Source of the DNA: Phoronis australis
Lineage: Eukaryota > Animalia > Phoronida
DNA: 64,000 nucleotides
Assembly: GCA_002633005.1 (NCBI GenBank)
Contig: NMRA01000461.1
Location: 294,864 to 358,863, forward strand
Direction: 5' to 3'
Shown: positions 1 to 13,759 of the stretch, one piece after another
Layout of the letters: each line of letters opens with the position of its first letter
Position numbering within the stretch: the stretch's first letter is position 1
Made by a program: the position numbers and the translations under genes
The notes under the pieces: generated by a model
Told to the model about the DNA's origin: nothing
The model's database searches: none
Seen by the model: only the letters and a program-made list of their open reading frames with translations

Positions 1-468
1 TGTATACCGCAATTAGCCTCAACAACTGCAGTAGATGTTTCTAGAAAAAAAATTACTGAGAATTAGCCAGTACGACGCCTTTTGGGTCATGTTAGTCCTG
101 ACGTTGTTAAACAAAGTTAAGAATAACATTGAAAACCCAGGTTCTCCACGAATATATGTAATAATGCCAGACAGTTCTGAGATGCAAACGCAGTTTTAAC
201 GGTGGCAAACACCAATACCACACGACCGAAAATCTTTACCACGCATGAAACATTCTTACTTCAAAATCAGAACTCAAACCACAGACAAACCGGTACTCGT
301 TACAAGGAGGAAACAAGTAGTGTTAAGTTGCCAGCAGAGACTCTGTCTCTCACCTTGGTCACTTACATTGGATATTGTAGCTGCAGCGCTCAAATTGTCA
401 CAATCTCCAAGTACATTGAACAACATTGTGATGACTATGCGCTAACTATCACTACCTTCTTGTTGCAG

Positions 469-561
469 GTGGTGTTCGAAGCTGAACGGGGGTGGGGTTA
501 CAGATCTGATATAGCACTCGACTTGATTCAGATCCATACTGCGTCATCATGCCCTAAATGA
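469..561 (+). CDS. Terminal coding exon of an upstream MAM-domain gene (partial; probable tandem paralog of the downstream astacin-MAM gene)
   Basis: Acceptor ttcttgttgcag|469. Phase-0 translation VVFEAERGWGYRSDIALDLIQIHTASSCPK* matches the MAM C-terminus (vvFEa.rG...gDIAlD.I....C). AATAAA follows at 679. Confidence 0.85.
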   Translation: MVFEAERGWGYRSDIALDLIQIHTASSCPK

Positions 562-678
562 TTCGACATGACAAGGATTTGCTCATAACCTAGGTCTCGA
601 TCGAACTTAATAATTGATATTCACGGATAACTTCACACGCAGTTTAAATTAATATGAACTTGTATCTCAGTTTGAGCT

Positions 679-684
679 AATAAA
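679..684 (+). promoter_or_regulatory. Polyadenylation signal of the upstream MAM gene
   Basis: AATAAA about 118 nt after the stop codon at 559-561. Confidence 0.55.
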
Positions 685-3600
685 ATCCTGCCTTATCAAT
701 CCATGTCTCCCTTCATGAGAATCTAAACAAACTTGTTTAATGACAAAGGTTATTTTCTGGGTGATGCTGCTATTATAAAGTGCGTGATAGAACCTATAGC
801 ATTTACAGTCATCAAGATTGTTTGAGTTCAGGGATGGCAAGGCGCATCGAAACTGAACCAAAGTGAACGGAGAATGAAAATCACAGGGCACATGACTTTG
901 CGTAACAGTGTCAACAAAAGAACGTTTACGAACTCCATACTCCAGTGAGTAGTACACTACTGTTAGGGCCGTCTCATATTACACGGCAGTAAAACTCTCC
1001 TTAGTTCCGGAGTTAAGAAAGCGCGTGACCTCGCAGGGACAATGGGGGCACAAAACATTTCTCACAGGGGTTTGCCTATCAGAACACACGTCAATGGACT
1101 TGTCACCCATTCTGCACTCTGCATGCAAAGATAGAAAACTTTTGAGTTATTTCACATCACAAGCCCTACAGATGAGCATACAAAATTTATCCTCTCTTGC
1201 ATTTTTGACTCTTTCACTCTCTCTGAAAAAAAGCTTAACTAATAAGTACAGGGGCAAAGAGACATGATCGGCACTTTTCACACCAAAACCACCACTTCCT
1301 TGCCGGTGCTCGACTACAATCCATATTAGATTCCGACAGAAAATTCCCTAGCAATTCCAAAAATGTGGTCCAAAAGTACTGTCAACAAACTATTTTTTGG
1401 CAAATCTGGCTTGTTTATGGGCTACCTCAAATGGCAGCCAATTTCTCAGTTGCTATCCAGCTATGTCCAAATCCAATTTGTAATACTATCACTATAGCGG
1501 GTGTTTTGTCACCCGTCATAGTACCTTATCATTATTGGTTTTCGCTGTAACTTAATTTATATCAAACCTCTCGTACTGTATGTCTATTTTCAACGACTGT
1601 TTCGCACTGTTAACACTCTATAAAGATTGCACCAATGATATTATACATTTCGGTTATATCATTAAACTATCAGGTACATAAGGTGAAATTACATGTACTT
1701 TCGAACGTTGCTTCGTAATCATATCCTAACTGGTGTTGTTGTAATAGATAATTCAACGTGTAAATTGTAAGCGAACTTTTTTTTCGGTCAGCTTTTCAAC
1801 TGGCTTTTGTGAACTGCAATTCGGCCACCGGGATTTACCACCAGTAATTTGCCTACAGAATAGAATCATGTACACTTTAGATACGGGCAACGACAGTGGC
1901 GATTTCATTAGATTTCACTTTCCATTCAGGTAATCTTCAGTAACATAAATTTTAGTATAATGAACAATTAATCCTGCGATTGGCCAGCTCGACCACGTTT
2001 CCACTCAGTTATGGGCTTTACAAGCAGCAACATCAACATCTCGAAGTAACCAGTTCTCAATGTACACAAAGAGTGGGAGAAGTCAGTGGCATGCAACCAG
2101 TCGCAATCCATCATATTCCCATTCTTCTCATGCAGTCGATTTTTGGGTCCCTTTCATAAAAGTGACTAAAAGACAGAAACTCGGTTACCATCTCACAATT
2201 GTTGCATAACGTTTTAGTCAAGCAATTATGATCGCATCAAAATAGAAAACTAATTTACAAGTATTTCTCAGTAACTAACAGTGACTGTGTATTATCTCAT
2301 AGAAGTTTACTCATGTGAGTTTCAATTCTTTTTCGGAAATTCTTGCGTGAAATGAAAGGCCTAATTCCTTTCTCAAATCTGAAGTCACTTCATGAAACAT
2401 AACACATGGTTAACTTCTCACTTACAGTACATATATTTACCTTTGAGATAAACATATTTTAAACAATGTTGATTTACGTGTGCGTGACAAGAATTCCTTT
2501 GTCTTTACGATAAACCAGAGCATACATGTACCTCAAACAGAGCAATTTCACTTTCTAAAAAGCATGCTAAATTTCAATACCACAGCTTCGATTCACCATA
2601 TGTAGTTTTGTTCTGTTTTGGAATTTCTTTAGGAATCAGTAGAAAGTAAAATAGCAAAGTACCAATTGTAGGAACACGTGATTTAATAGTCTAAAGGATG
2701 TTAAAATATTGTTCTTGTCTGTATGTGCAAAAACTCACTACGTTGCAGACCGGCTGGCGTAGTTTTTGGTTCTTGTTATATCAGCAGATTCCACAATTTA
2801 GAACAAAGACAATGGCCAAAGGTGCCATTTTTCCAGTCTAACAAGTAGTGAAGTAAATGTCTTCCTCCTTATTACTTTTGTTGAATAGTTTGACAAACTA
2901 AAGTTTTATTACAGTTCCACCATATTGCGTTATAAATTGAGGAATCTTCACTCTATGTGTCAATGTACATGTATAGAGAAGCTACCGCTCTACAATAGGT
3001 GGGGGAAATCTTTCTTGGCCACTCAAGTTAAATTGCCATTCTCCTGTTTTCCTCTGCTAATGTGATGTAAACAGAGTAATAAATATACAGCCTGGAGATT
3101 AACCAGTGTGCCAACTGGTTTACGACTGTTGAACCTCGGTTTATAAGACTGATATTGTGCACTCAGAAATTAGAAAGCTGGTAAAAAGCAATGCTGTAAA
3201 CAAAAGGATTCAAGGTGGTAGAATGTAAGAGTGCCAACAAAATACTAATTTATCACTGCCAGAACAACAAATTTTAGGGCAAATGAATCCTCAAGTATAA
3301 CACATGAATAGAATCTATAAAATACACTGTTTTTGTAACAAAAGTTGTTGGGTGTTTTGAGTACTACAGATGCTTAAACTGGAATCACAAATATCTATGG
3401 AAAATCAAACGTACAATTAACTTATTCAAAGTTTAGTACGTTGTTATGCACCTAAACTACTTGAATTCGAAAGTGATGGCTTTAAAATTAAATTGTTTAG
3501 TTCTAAATAAAAATGTACAAAGACCTAGCGGTGTGAATGAACCTATTGTTAGGAATATCTGATAAGTTGCGTAAGTTGCGTCTGAGTGCATGATAGAGCC

Positions 3601-5499
3601 ACTATATACTATCCCTCTTGCAGTTCTCTGGTAGAACTAGCAAAGTCAACAATGCAGGGTATTAAATAACGTTACAAGGCGTGGCCTGAGCTAGCTAATT
3701 CGATTACATTACTGGCAATCACTACCCTGGTGGTGGGTAAATGGGGATAGTACACGTATAACCTCCGTCAACTACCGATACTTAGAATGTATTTCTCAGT
3801 TTGTGCTTTTCTTAGGCTATTGTTTACAGCACCATCTGTTGCTTAACACATGAGCATGTTTAATATATATAAACTTCGCTTTTTGCAAAGAATGTAGCAA
3901 CTTAAAGGTTGGCAATTTTTCAAATAATGTTTTAAATGTGATTTATTCAGTCACGCACGAAAAAAGAAACAATATCCCATACGGAGGTACTCACGAAATG
4001 TTTCCCGTATATCTGACGGGCCGTTGATTATAGGAGACAACAAATGAGATAACAAATGCGAAGAACATAGGGTGTTTACGTAGGGCACGGTGTCCAACGT
4101 TTTGTTTGTACATAGAAAGCCCCCAACTTAGACACAACAAATCTAGACCATCGTTTTGACACCAGTAGCAGCAGCAATTACACATATGATGAAAACGACA
4201 ATCAAAGGGTGAATTCAGTACCATTCAGACACGTGCCTACCATTCACCTTAACAAAGGCAGGAGAGTATTTGATACCAAATCTAAACGTACCTACTTGTC
4301 ATGCCAAAATTGCAAATTTGTAAAGACAACACGTTATCTGGTAACTTTTCTACAGCTAATTCGGACAATAACTAGGATCTCCAATTGTGTGAATATTCGT
4401 CAAATAATGAATATTGTTATTGAATTATGTGTATTCTTTGAATGGTATTAGTATTCGTTTTCTGCAAAATTGTTGTGGAGCGTTATGGGTACAGAAGCTG
4501 GCCAATGAAGTCTAAAACACCATCGCTTTGGTTAACGTTGTAATATAACAAAACTGTATGTACTGCATGTCTTTTAACTCTCTTATCTCTTCAACAAAGC
4601 AAAGCTGATGATCGGTGCTTCTTGTTATTAGTTATTCCGCACCTAATGACGTAATAAGCAATCTTGGGATATCCCGGCGGTTTCCAGTAATACATGGTTG
4701 CCGCACTCATGCACGTACGCATAGCTCCTTAAGTAAATGTACGAACTAGTCGATTTACTGCCCCGGTCAATCTCAATATCGTCATTAGCTCTAATGTTAA
4801 CACATTCCCCATGAAGTCGGCTTAACAAAAACCGCACTGAATCATGAGACCCCCGCGATCACGTTTACACCAGCTTCAAAACATTTTCGGGTCCTCGTGC
4901 GCTGCATTGGTGTTTACGACATTCCACGCGGCAATGACTATCTTTACACAATTAGGTAACTTACTATACTGCGCTGTGCCAAATCTTTCCTGTCGTGAAT
5001 TACCTAAACCGAATTCTCAATTCTTAGCTGATACAACGCTTTAGTCAAGACCTCAATAACGCTGGCAGGTCCCTTTCAAGGAAGAGATGGTTTTTTAAAC
5101 TTCCCTTTCACAGTCGCCGAATCCAAAATATACAGTTAAGAGATCGACAAGATGAAACACGCGCTTGAAACTGACAGGTCTCGGTTTATCAATGATTGAC
5201 TCGTTTGAACACATTCACGCGCCGTTTCGTGAGCCTTGCAAATCTCCAATCGGAGGTTCCCGACATGGTCACCAGATGGCTGATTGTTAAATGACATCAC
5301 AAACGGAAAAAGATGATCTAGCGTCCGATTGTAATAATTGTAATAAAATTTATTTCGGACTCACCTTTGTGACGGATTGAGATAGCATCAAGCCTCAGAT
5401 AAAAGCAGTCATTGAGTCAATAAAAATCACAAAGTGAATTCAGTCAGTATAATCTGTAAAATACATACATGTATATAGGAATTACTTCACAAAAAAAGT

Positions 5500-7670
5500 C
5501 ACTGGCCATTCAGGTACGACTAGCATGCTGTCGGTTCTCTGAATAATGTGCAGAGCTCCGTGATATTACAGCCATGGTGATGATCATTTTATCATTTCCT
5601 GTCATTGTTTGCTACACTCACTTCAGTTCCTGGATGTAACCTGACTGGTATGTGGAGACACATGACGTATTATTCTTCATAACCTGCTGAAGTCAAATGA
5701 ACAGACGAAACTTTAAATCAATATGAACTGTTTTATTTGTGCTGCGATTGTCCGTTTTTCTTTTGACCCTATCATGGTCAAATTATGATGCACTTGATCA
5801 TGAACTTAACCGAAAATCAATTCAACATAGTGATTCGTTCGACGTTAAACAACAGTTTTTTTTTTGTATTTAAAAATATCACCATTTTAAAACTCCCTCC
5901 AACTCAAATACCATCTTCTTAAGGAAAGGGATCCATCTGGACTGCATATACTCACCATAAAATTATTAGAAAAATCAATAATCTCTTCCAAAGTTCTCTC
6001 TTCGGACACACTTCAAGATTTCAATCTCAGCAGCTTCAAAGATGCGCGCAGTGAGTTTCTTATCATAACAATAGTTCAAACCAATTGCACAGGTTTTGAG
6101 CATCGCTCCCGATTTTATGCCATTTCGTATAGCTCTTTGGTTCTAAGCCTGTCCGAAATGTAATCTAGTTTTGGAGATTCGAACGACGACTCAGGTATTT
6201 CGTCAGTTTCCGTAGACAACACTCACTCTTTTATGTTCTGGGTCATCATATGACAAAGAAAAACCCATGTCACCGAAGACCATTTTATCCGACCACAGAA
6301 AACCGGGACCATCTGACAAGTTAGTCAAGAACTTCTTTCTGCATTAATATCTCTAGATGCGATATTAGCAGTCTCATCTGTGCACAGGTTCTTACGGAAT
6401 GTCGTTGAGAAGGACTGCTACGGTCATGTATCTACACAACCCGATTTGAGACGTTAACCTATGAACCCTTTGGCATCACTATTTACATGTCCAGGATCTT
6501 TCCGACAATCAGTACAGAAATATTTTTGAATACATTTATCTTCCTGTCTCAAAAACTAATTTTAACAAACGAGACAACCGCGGAAAGTTCTAAGAGAGGA
6601 ATGTTCATGGGTATAAATGTGTCAACACAGTTTCACCCACAACGAGTTGGCAATGAACTCGACCAGTAGAATTTTTCACGCTTACATGTAAATAACAGCA
6701 CTGGCCATAGCCACAATTGACCTATCGCCAGGATTTTGAGTGACGGCTTAACTGGCCATTCAGAACGCTTCATTATTGACTCACCTTCGTTTCCAAACCG
6801 CCATTTTACCCGACAAACAACACGTTGCTGGGTACAACTTATTGCTTGTTAGTCGACATTACGCAAGGGTGCGGAGCTTGCGATAGGTCAATTACGTGTA
6901 TCTGAAACATGGTTGAACTCGATAGATTGAATTTCTCCAAAACTGTTGGGCTTGTTACATCGATCAATCTGAAAATTTTCACCTCAAACAAACTATTCCC
7001 CAGGACATTTTTGATGATTCAGAAAGAGGACTGTCCCAACCTGTTTGCTCGCTAAATAAATGTTGCAGAAACTGCTTACAGTGCCATTAAGCGCAACAGG
7101 CTCTACGATTCCTGAAGCATCATATAAAAACGAGGCAGTTGATAAAATATCTCCTCTGGTTAACGTTTTTGTTTTTAAAGAGTTATTCTGAACTGAAAAT
7201 GTATAAGACTCCATTCAACACAATCTACCAAGGGCGCTTCCTAACGGTAAGGAGTCCTGCATTAGATTCTTCAACAGCGATCGTCAGGGTCTACGGCAGT
7301 AATAACACACTTCGAGTTGCACAAAAATGTGAGAAGGTGTAAACCACATTTGCAAAAAGTGGTGTGGTTATCCGAAAGAGATCAATATCGACGACTGACG
7401 GCACTGTGACAGGATTGTTATGGCCGCTGTCTTCCTATTAATTTTCCGAAGCAAATTTTGAAGAGCGATTCAGTCGTGGTAAGAAGTGAACTTCCATGGC
7501 AACTTACACGCAATGATTTCTGGAACTGAAAATAAAGAAGGCACTATTGCACGAACTGTCAAAATCGCACGCAGTCAGTTTTATCACAACATTCAGCATC
7601 AGCTGAAACTGGCAAATGGCCAAGTCTTATAAAAACAATATCCAACATTAATCTAAAGTGCTTTAGATTA
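5500..7670 (-). mobile_element. Decayed Bel/Pao LTR-retrotransposon pol remnant (RT, RNase H/Pao peptidase region, integrase-proximal); boundaries approximate
   Basis: Frameshifted minus-strand motifs in Pao order: LDIVFIRLGHLPVSADAE, CGLHLLTFLCNS..VITAVDPDDR, LTRGDILSTASFLYDASGIVEPV, EIQSIEFNHVSDT, VSNRVV*IHDRSSP, DGPGFLW, FEAAEIEILKCV, MDPF..DGI*VGG. Confidence 0.8.
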
Positions 7671-9039
7671 TTGTGACCGCTTACTGTTATCATTACAGTT
7701 ACTTGTATTTTTAATACAATCATTACTATTACAGGAACTCCATTTTCATTGACGTGGGCGTGACATATGTAAGGGAGAACTATGGGGTAGTTTAGCGTCA
7801 GGCTTTTGGACGCCATTGGAAACATGGAGTCACATGTCTCGTCGAAAAATGGAAACCAGGGAAACTCATGGCACCACGGCAGCATCAACGTGGACCGAAC
7901 GGACATTAAGCAGGTAGGGTTAAAAAAATAGCAATGCAAATGAGCAATTTAAGTGGCGTTTCAAGATCGGTAGGATCAGTTGGTGTACTTGAGGGTGAAA
8001 AGTATTTTCCTACTAAGTGTACAGTAACACAAAACAGACCTTGCACTTCATGTGAACTAAGTTCTTTATCCTTAAAAAAAATTGTCGCGTTACAAAGGAA
8101 TGAAACAAAAATGAGTGATCCTTAATTAACTCGTGTAACCATTCACTGTTAGTTAGCCATTTTCCCTGCGTTTTTGACCATTGGTGAAAACGATTGCAAA
8201 TTATGTTGGAACAAATGTACTCTCGTGGACAGGTAGCGCAACAGCGGAGAAAACTATCATCAAGTGGCCTGGAACTAAAAAAACACACTTTCAGATACAG
8301 TACTTGTTAAAAAATCTTGGCGAATCTACATCATGGATACTAGTCTGGGGACTATTCACTTCGAATACTGCTATACTTTCTTGAGAAAAATCACCCGATT
8401 CACTATTTTGGAAACACAGATGAAATGCTGTATAAAGTCATTCTACCTGATGAAGTTTTCAAATTCCCTTCCCGTCATTTTATATACATGTATGCGTGCG
8501 TGAGCTCAATGAACAAGGACAAGCTGCTGCTTGAAATCGTCATTGCTTTGTTTCCATCAAACGTCAAATATCACGTTTTCCTTGCCGTGTGTAAAAAAAA
8601 AATATGCGAAGTGTCGAGTACGTGACAAAGTGTTTCTTTTAAAAATTGAAACTAATGAAAACATGATTTGGCGTCAACATGAATTTAAAATCTTTACAAA
8701 CAACCGTAAAAAATAACTTGACCTCGAGCCGTCGAAGATGGATGTGCGTTTGGTCTTTTTGTGAACATTTTTGTTATTTGGCTGCAAATTTCTTACGAAG
8801 TCGCCGAAACAGGATACCGTGAATGGTATTGGAAGAAAGAACAATTGCCAATGGTTTGTTGAAACCTTGTTTTGTGTAAATTTATTGAGTTTTAGGTTAG
8901 CTATGGAGGGGGGGAAGTGAAGCACCCGTGGAAATTCTTGTCGGGAGTGTCATACCTTGTAGTTTTACATGTAGTGTATTGGGAACGATCAGAAGCTGAG
9001 GACGCCTGTGGTATCGACATAAAAAGCATAACCCAGGCG

Positions 9040-9496
9040 TGCGTTCAGCTGACGCAAGTACCTACGCTAGGACCTAGCTAAAATCTAGTCAATGTTGCAT
9101 GTTTTCATTTGAAATACACGGCAATATCTCACGTAATTTCGCGATGTCTTGCTTTTTAGCGAGGTCCTATCGTTATTGAACAGGACTAATGCCTACGAGT
9201 AAGCACATTCTGGAGGGCTGGCTCAGTTAGTGGTAGCATATACAGATGACCCCGGACATTACACGCCTCAATAACTGCAGTGTGTTTGAGGCCCAGCACG
9301 GGCCCTTTTTATGTCGTTCTCAACTCAACCGAGTTCAGAGCGTGTCTAGACAAAACGTGGCGTGCCTTCAGCAACACTAGGACCAAGCTTAAGTCTAGCT
9401 AAATCCACGTGACCTCCTTCAAAATAACACGGCAATATCTCACGTAATCTCGCAGAGACTTGCTTTTTAGCGAGGTTCTATAGTTACTGAACAGGA
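9040..9496. repeat. Two diverged copies (about 9040-9185 and 9360-9496) of a short MITE-like repeat
   Basis: Both contain acacggcaatatctcacgtaat...cttgctttttagcgaggt.ctat.gtta.tgaacagga and have imperfect inverted ends (aggacctagctaaaa / ttttagcgaggtcct). Confidence 0.65.
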
Positions 9497-11286
9497 GGCT
9501 GGCCTCACTCTGTTTAAGAATCACCCAAGATCTGACCGAGCCTTAAGCGGCCTCAACGGTAAGTTATTTTCGATCGGCTCTATACCCATTGGGGCAGGTT
9601 CTTCTATATTTTGTTAGTTGTACTCAGTCCGGTCTACCCTGCTTGGAAAATTCCCCACATTAAAAATGCGTACTTATCTACATGTACATAGATGTGGCCA
9701 AGCTCATGCAACGGAGTCAAGATATTCACTAGATGACAAAATGCAAATTCAATAACAGTTGGTTATTTATGTACAAATTAGCCATGTGCGTCTTTTAAGC
9801 ATCTTGCCGGATTCGTTTGGTTTGTTTCGTTCCCACCAGAATGTCCCAGATTCCTCTCCCAGTGAATAAGCGGTTGTCTACTTGATTGAGTTTTGATCGA
9901 GTGCAATCGTTTTCGAATCAAGCCACGTTTCATGGCTTCTTTTAATCAGTCTATTTTTTCATACAGAAAATTTCAGACATAACTATTGAGGAACATGTAC
10001 TCACAACCAACGAGTCGTCAACAGACCCGTCGGTTCCAATAATCAAATTTGTAGTCGCCCATGCGTGGCGCTGGGTGGATGCCTGGAACAATTTGGACTC
10101 TGACATCTTTCCACCTCCAGTGTTATAGCAAAACTTGGTAAGACATCAAACTATATGTACACGTTAGCAGTTTATCAACAATACATCTTGGGAGTTAAGT
10201 ACTGTCACAGTATTTCAGGGAAAGAGGTGACATTTAGTTTCCGAGTTTTTGTTATGCAATCGTAAATAAAAAAAATAGTTCAGACCCTACGTTCAACTGA
10301 TTTCATGTAACACTCAAAGTACAACGGGATGTTTCACGGTTTTTTGCGGCACTCGCAATTCCCACATGATTATGAAATGCAAAACATCTTGGTGGGAGGC
10401 GCCCATAATATTTTCAAACCTACTGTACGCGATAGACGTACGACGAATTCCTATCAATTTCGGAGACGTGGTTGAAGTGATCAATTAATAACGTACATGC
10501 GTTTGTAAAGTCGCTGCATCCTAATTTTTACTGTGCTTTCAAACGTCACCAAAGATCATTTAATAAATGAAGGTGCCTAATTTTGAAAGAATGCCCAAAA
10601 AAATTCTTCACTGCAGTATTGAGGGGTGGTCCAAAGTCTAAAATCACTTCTATTTGTCCGGTAGCATTCATTTAAATCGATCGTTGGAATTACTTCCTCG
10701 TTGGTTTACTAGGTCATTTGTATACTGTCTCCTTCTCTGGGTAGTTTCCTTTGTTCTATTAGATTCTACATTGATTGACATAATGAGTTAGTTAGTTAAC
10801 TAATTAGTTAATCAATCAGTGAACCAAAACACGAAGGGCTTTTTTAATGCAGCCCGTTATTTCCCGCATTTTGGTAACACTGTTGGTATTTAAAACTAAA
10901 AGATATTCCCAACAGGTATGCAAAATAACAGTCGTTTGTGAAGTACATAATTTAACATTCGCTATCGGTATCGTCAAAATCACCAAGAGCTCTTAAAAAA
11001 TTCCAATACCACAGTAACTACAAGTTGAAGGAACAGAATATGAACAACAAGGATGAGTTCTTTTTGTTTTTTGACAGCTAAAGCAGGTAGCATTATATTT
11101 ATATTTTTTTTTCTCTAATCTGTTAAGGGAGGCAACATTTTTCCTCCTGAGAAAAGCTTTTAGACCTTTTTGGCAAATGTTTGCACAGCTGTGTGCCATT
11201 GTGTACCCACGTGATCAAGGTTTCATATAGTTTCTTTGTTGGGTTGTTCTGGATTGACACGGTATGGTGGAATGTATACTTTAACA

Positions 11287-11442
11287 TGGTTTTACTAAAT
11301 CTGCTTCCTGCTCTAACAAAACCGGGCTTTCTGACTTTAAACCACATTGGTGAAATGCAAGTTAGTTCTGAAATTAGGCCACATTTAGTAAGACCGAGTT
11401 TAAGCCTTAAACCTGGTTTTGTGAAACCACCGTTATGAAATC
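11287..11442 (-). mobile_element. Inverted solo copy of the Harbinger left terminal region
   Basis: Reverse complement aligns by eye with 12021-12178 and 56114-56272 (gatttca...aaaccagg...ttagtaaaacca). Confidence 0.65.
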
Positions 11443-12341
11443 ATCTGGCATTGGCGTCGCCAAACACATTAAGTGCGCCCACTGTGCACAGGAGGGGAAC
11501 GCCGACAGAGGTGTGAAAAAGGTCCAAAGACGGCTTCGTGTGAGGTCAGGTGGGAATCACAAAACCTCAGAATCTGACACTGAGATATGTTTTGAGGAGC
11601 ACATCATTTGCACCTAAATATTTTTTTATTCTTAATTCACTGTGATTGCTTACAACTCGGGCTTTATTGCTCAATTGTACCTAATTAATTCAAAGTTATG
11701 TAGTGCATGCACGGTATCCAGATTTTTACAAGAGTTACATGACTGCAATGGCAACAGCTTATATCAAAATGAATGCCATACCAAGAGTGTTAACAATACC
11801 CTTACTTTGAAAAATGTTTAGTTCATTCATCAGGTTTGTTATGAAGGTAGGACTGCAACAGGTACCTCAAATAACAGTGGTTGTCCTGAGCTGTCTATCT
11901 GTTGTGGTACGCGAATCTTTCGCTTCGGTTCCGATAACGAGAAGCGCCACTTAATGGGTATAATGTTTACTAAACTGAAATTTTATTCCACTTACATAGG
12001 GAATAGGTGGACATCATCACCCGATTTCATTAACGTGGTTTAACAGAACCAGGGTAGACTTAGACATTGTCTTTCTAAACCTGTGTGATTTTAGACCCGG
12101 CTTGAATTCCACCAACATGGTTCAAGAGTCTGAAAGACTGGTTTTGCTGGACAAGGGAGTCTGTTCAGTAAAACCAGCTTAAAAATATCAAAGGCACCCC
12201 AGGGACGGGCAAACCCAAGAAAGAAGCTATTGAAATTATTCAATGGAACTGTGATCACGTAGGTTTTAATGACAGCACACTGTTGTTGGTACTTGTAAAA
12301 TCAGTGCACAAGTTTTTCCTGGTGGCTCTGTCATCAACAAA

Positions 12342-13240
12342 ATGAGTAGAGAAACGTCAGGAAACTTTTTTCCTGAGGAAAAAGGTTAATGCTCTTAGAA
12401 GAATTAACTGATGTCAGAGATAACAAGAAAAGTGACGCCAAAACAAGTAAAAAGAAGCAACAGGTTTGGAGGGACATTGGGTCCAAACTGGCTGCACAGT
12501 TTCCGCAATCATAAAAACGCAACGATGAACATTAAATGACTTTTCGAAACACTCAAATATGAAGGACAAAAAGGATCTTTCAACACTAAAAAGTAGCAAA
12601 GGAAATCGGCGGAGGACCAAAGGAGATGGAACTCAGTCAGTAAAACCAGGTAGTGTTAGACTTGATCCTAAATGATGACGTCATCAGTCCTGGCCGAAAT
12701 GCTTACGACGATGATTCCCTGCTTTGCCAGTCGGAATCTACGTACGAGGGACACACTTCAACAGGTACGGGTCAACATTTGAATGTGATGCCTTCAGGTC
12801 GGCCACAGTCGATGCAGTCCACAATAACTCAGATGTTACAGGAAGAGCAAGTCCCGATGTGCTCATGGAGACTTGTACCCGGGACGAGCCGCGAAAGGAA
12901 TAGACAGCAGACACCGTTTCCCTTTTCGATCCCCGCACATGGTTTGAGTACACGGAGTACACCGTGAGGCAACCAAGAACAAGTCTACTGCACCCCCTAC
13001 TGAGGGCTAAGTATAGAGGGTGCGCCACAAAGCCACCAAGCTCCATTGCGCCTGCGATGTCCTGTTTATGCCAGGAAAGCAAAGAAGTCAGAAAAGCCGT
13101 CAAGTTCCCGAGGTAGGCAGCCTTATTCGTGTATGAACTTACATTTACATACACTGTATAAGCCCCGTTCTTGGAAGGCGTTTTTGCGGAGATACTTGAA
13201 TAAATAGTCTCCATATCACGGGAATTTTTATGCATTAGAA
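12342..13240 (+). pseudogene. Harbinger Myb/SANT-like DNA-binding protein, frameshifted (3' end approximate)
   Basis: MSRETSGNFFPEEK / LMLLEELTDVRDNKKSDAKTSKKKQQVWRDIGSKLAAQFP ... IGGGP fits the Myb/SANT-like consensus NF..eEk..L....NK.tD....K...W..I and TGGGP. Confidence 0.7.
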
Positions 13241-13759
13241 CAAAAAATGCGGAACCATTACAGTTATTCAGACGCGTTAATATATAACGTCGTCAACTGA
13301 TATTTCACTGTTTGAAAAAGTTATATATTCACAATGAATAATTATAAACCAACCATAGAGGTAAATTAACCATTAATGTTTATGCCGACAATATATAATT
13401 AAATTTTTGACTGTTTGTGAATTTTAAATGTCCGATTAACGAAGAATCAGTGAGTTGTATCAATTTTCCTCACTTTTATATAGATTTTTGTGTAACCACG
13501 GTTATGGACCTCAAGTAAAGAGTTCTTTTTTAAGAAAAGAAATTATAGAAAGAAATAAGTACATTAATGTAAGAAAAAACACTCACGATTTTTACCGTGA
13601 AACCAGATTTTATTAATTTTTGACAAGTGCATCAAACATATGTTTGTTGTTTTCAGTTCTTGTGAACAAAATAGATGAATGTATGTATTTATATACGTGT
13701 ACATCAACAGAAGAGTCTATGGCTTTTTATGAATTTGCATTCCACGCACTTCTTTTTTA

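Noticed and set aside
202-468. 5' part of the 119-aa ORF 202-561
   Set aside because: Intronic read-through; only 469-561, after the acceptor, is MAM-like
1025-1270. Minus-strand RNVLCPHC motif resembling a LINE C-terminal zinc knuckle
   Set aside because: Too short and degenerate to call without a search
3985-4250. Minus-strand hydrophobic stretch (LIVVFIICVIAAATG) and a gtgagt donor
   Set aside because: In-frame stops and no further exons found
4640-5330. Possible Pao gag remnants
   Set aside because: Zinc-knuckle similarity is too weak to support by eye
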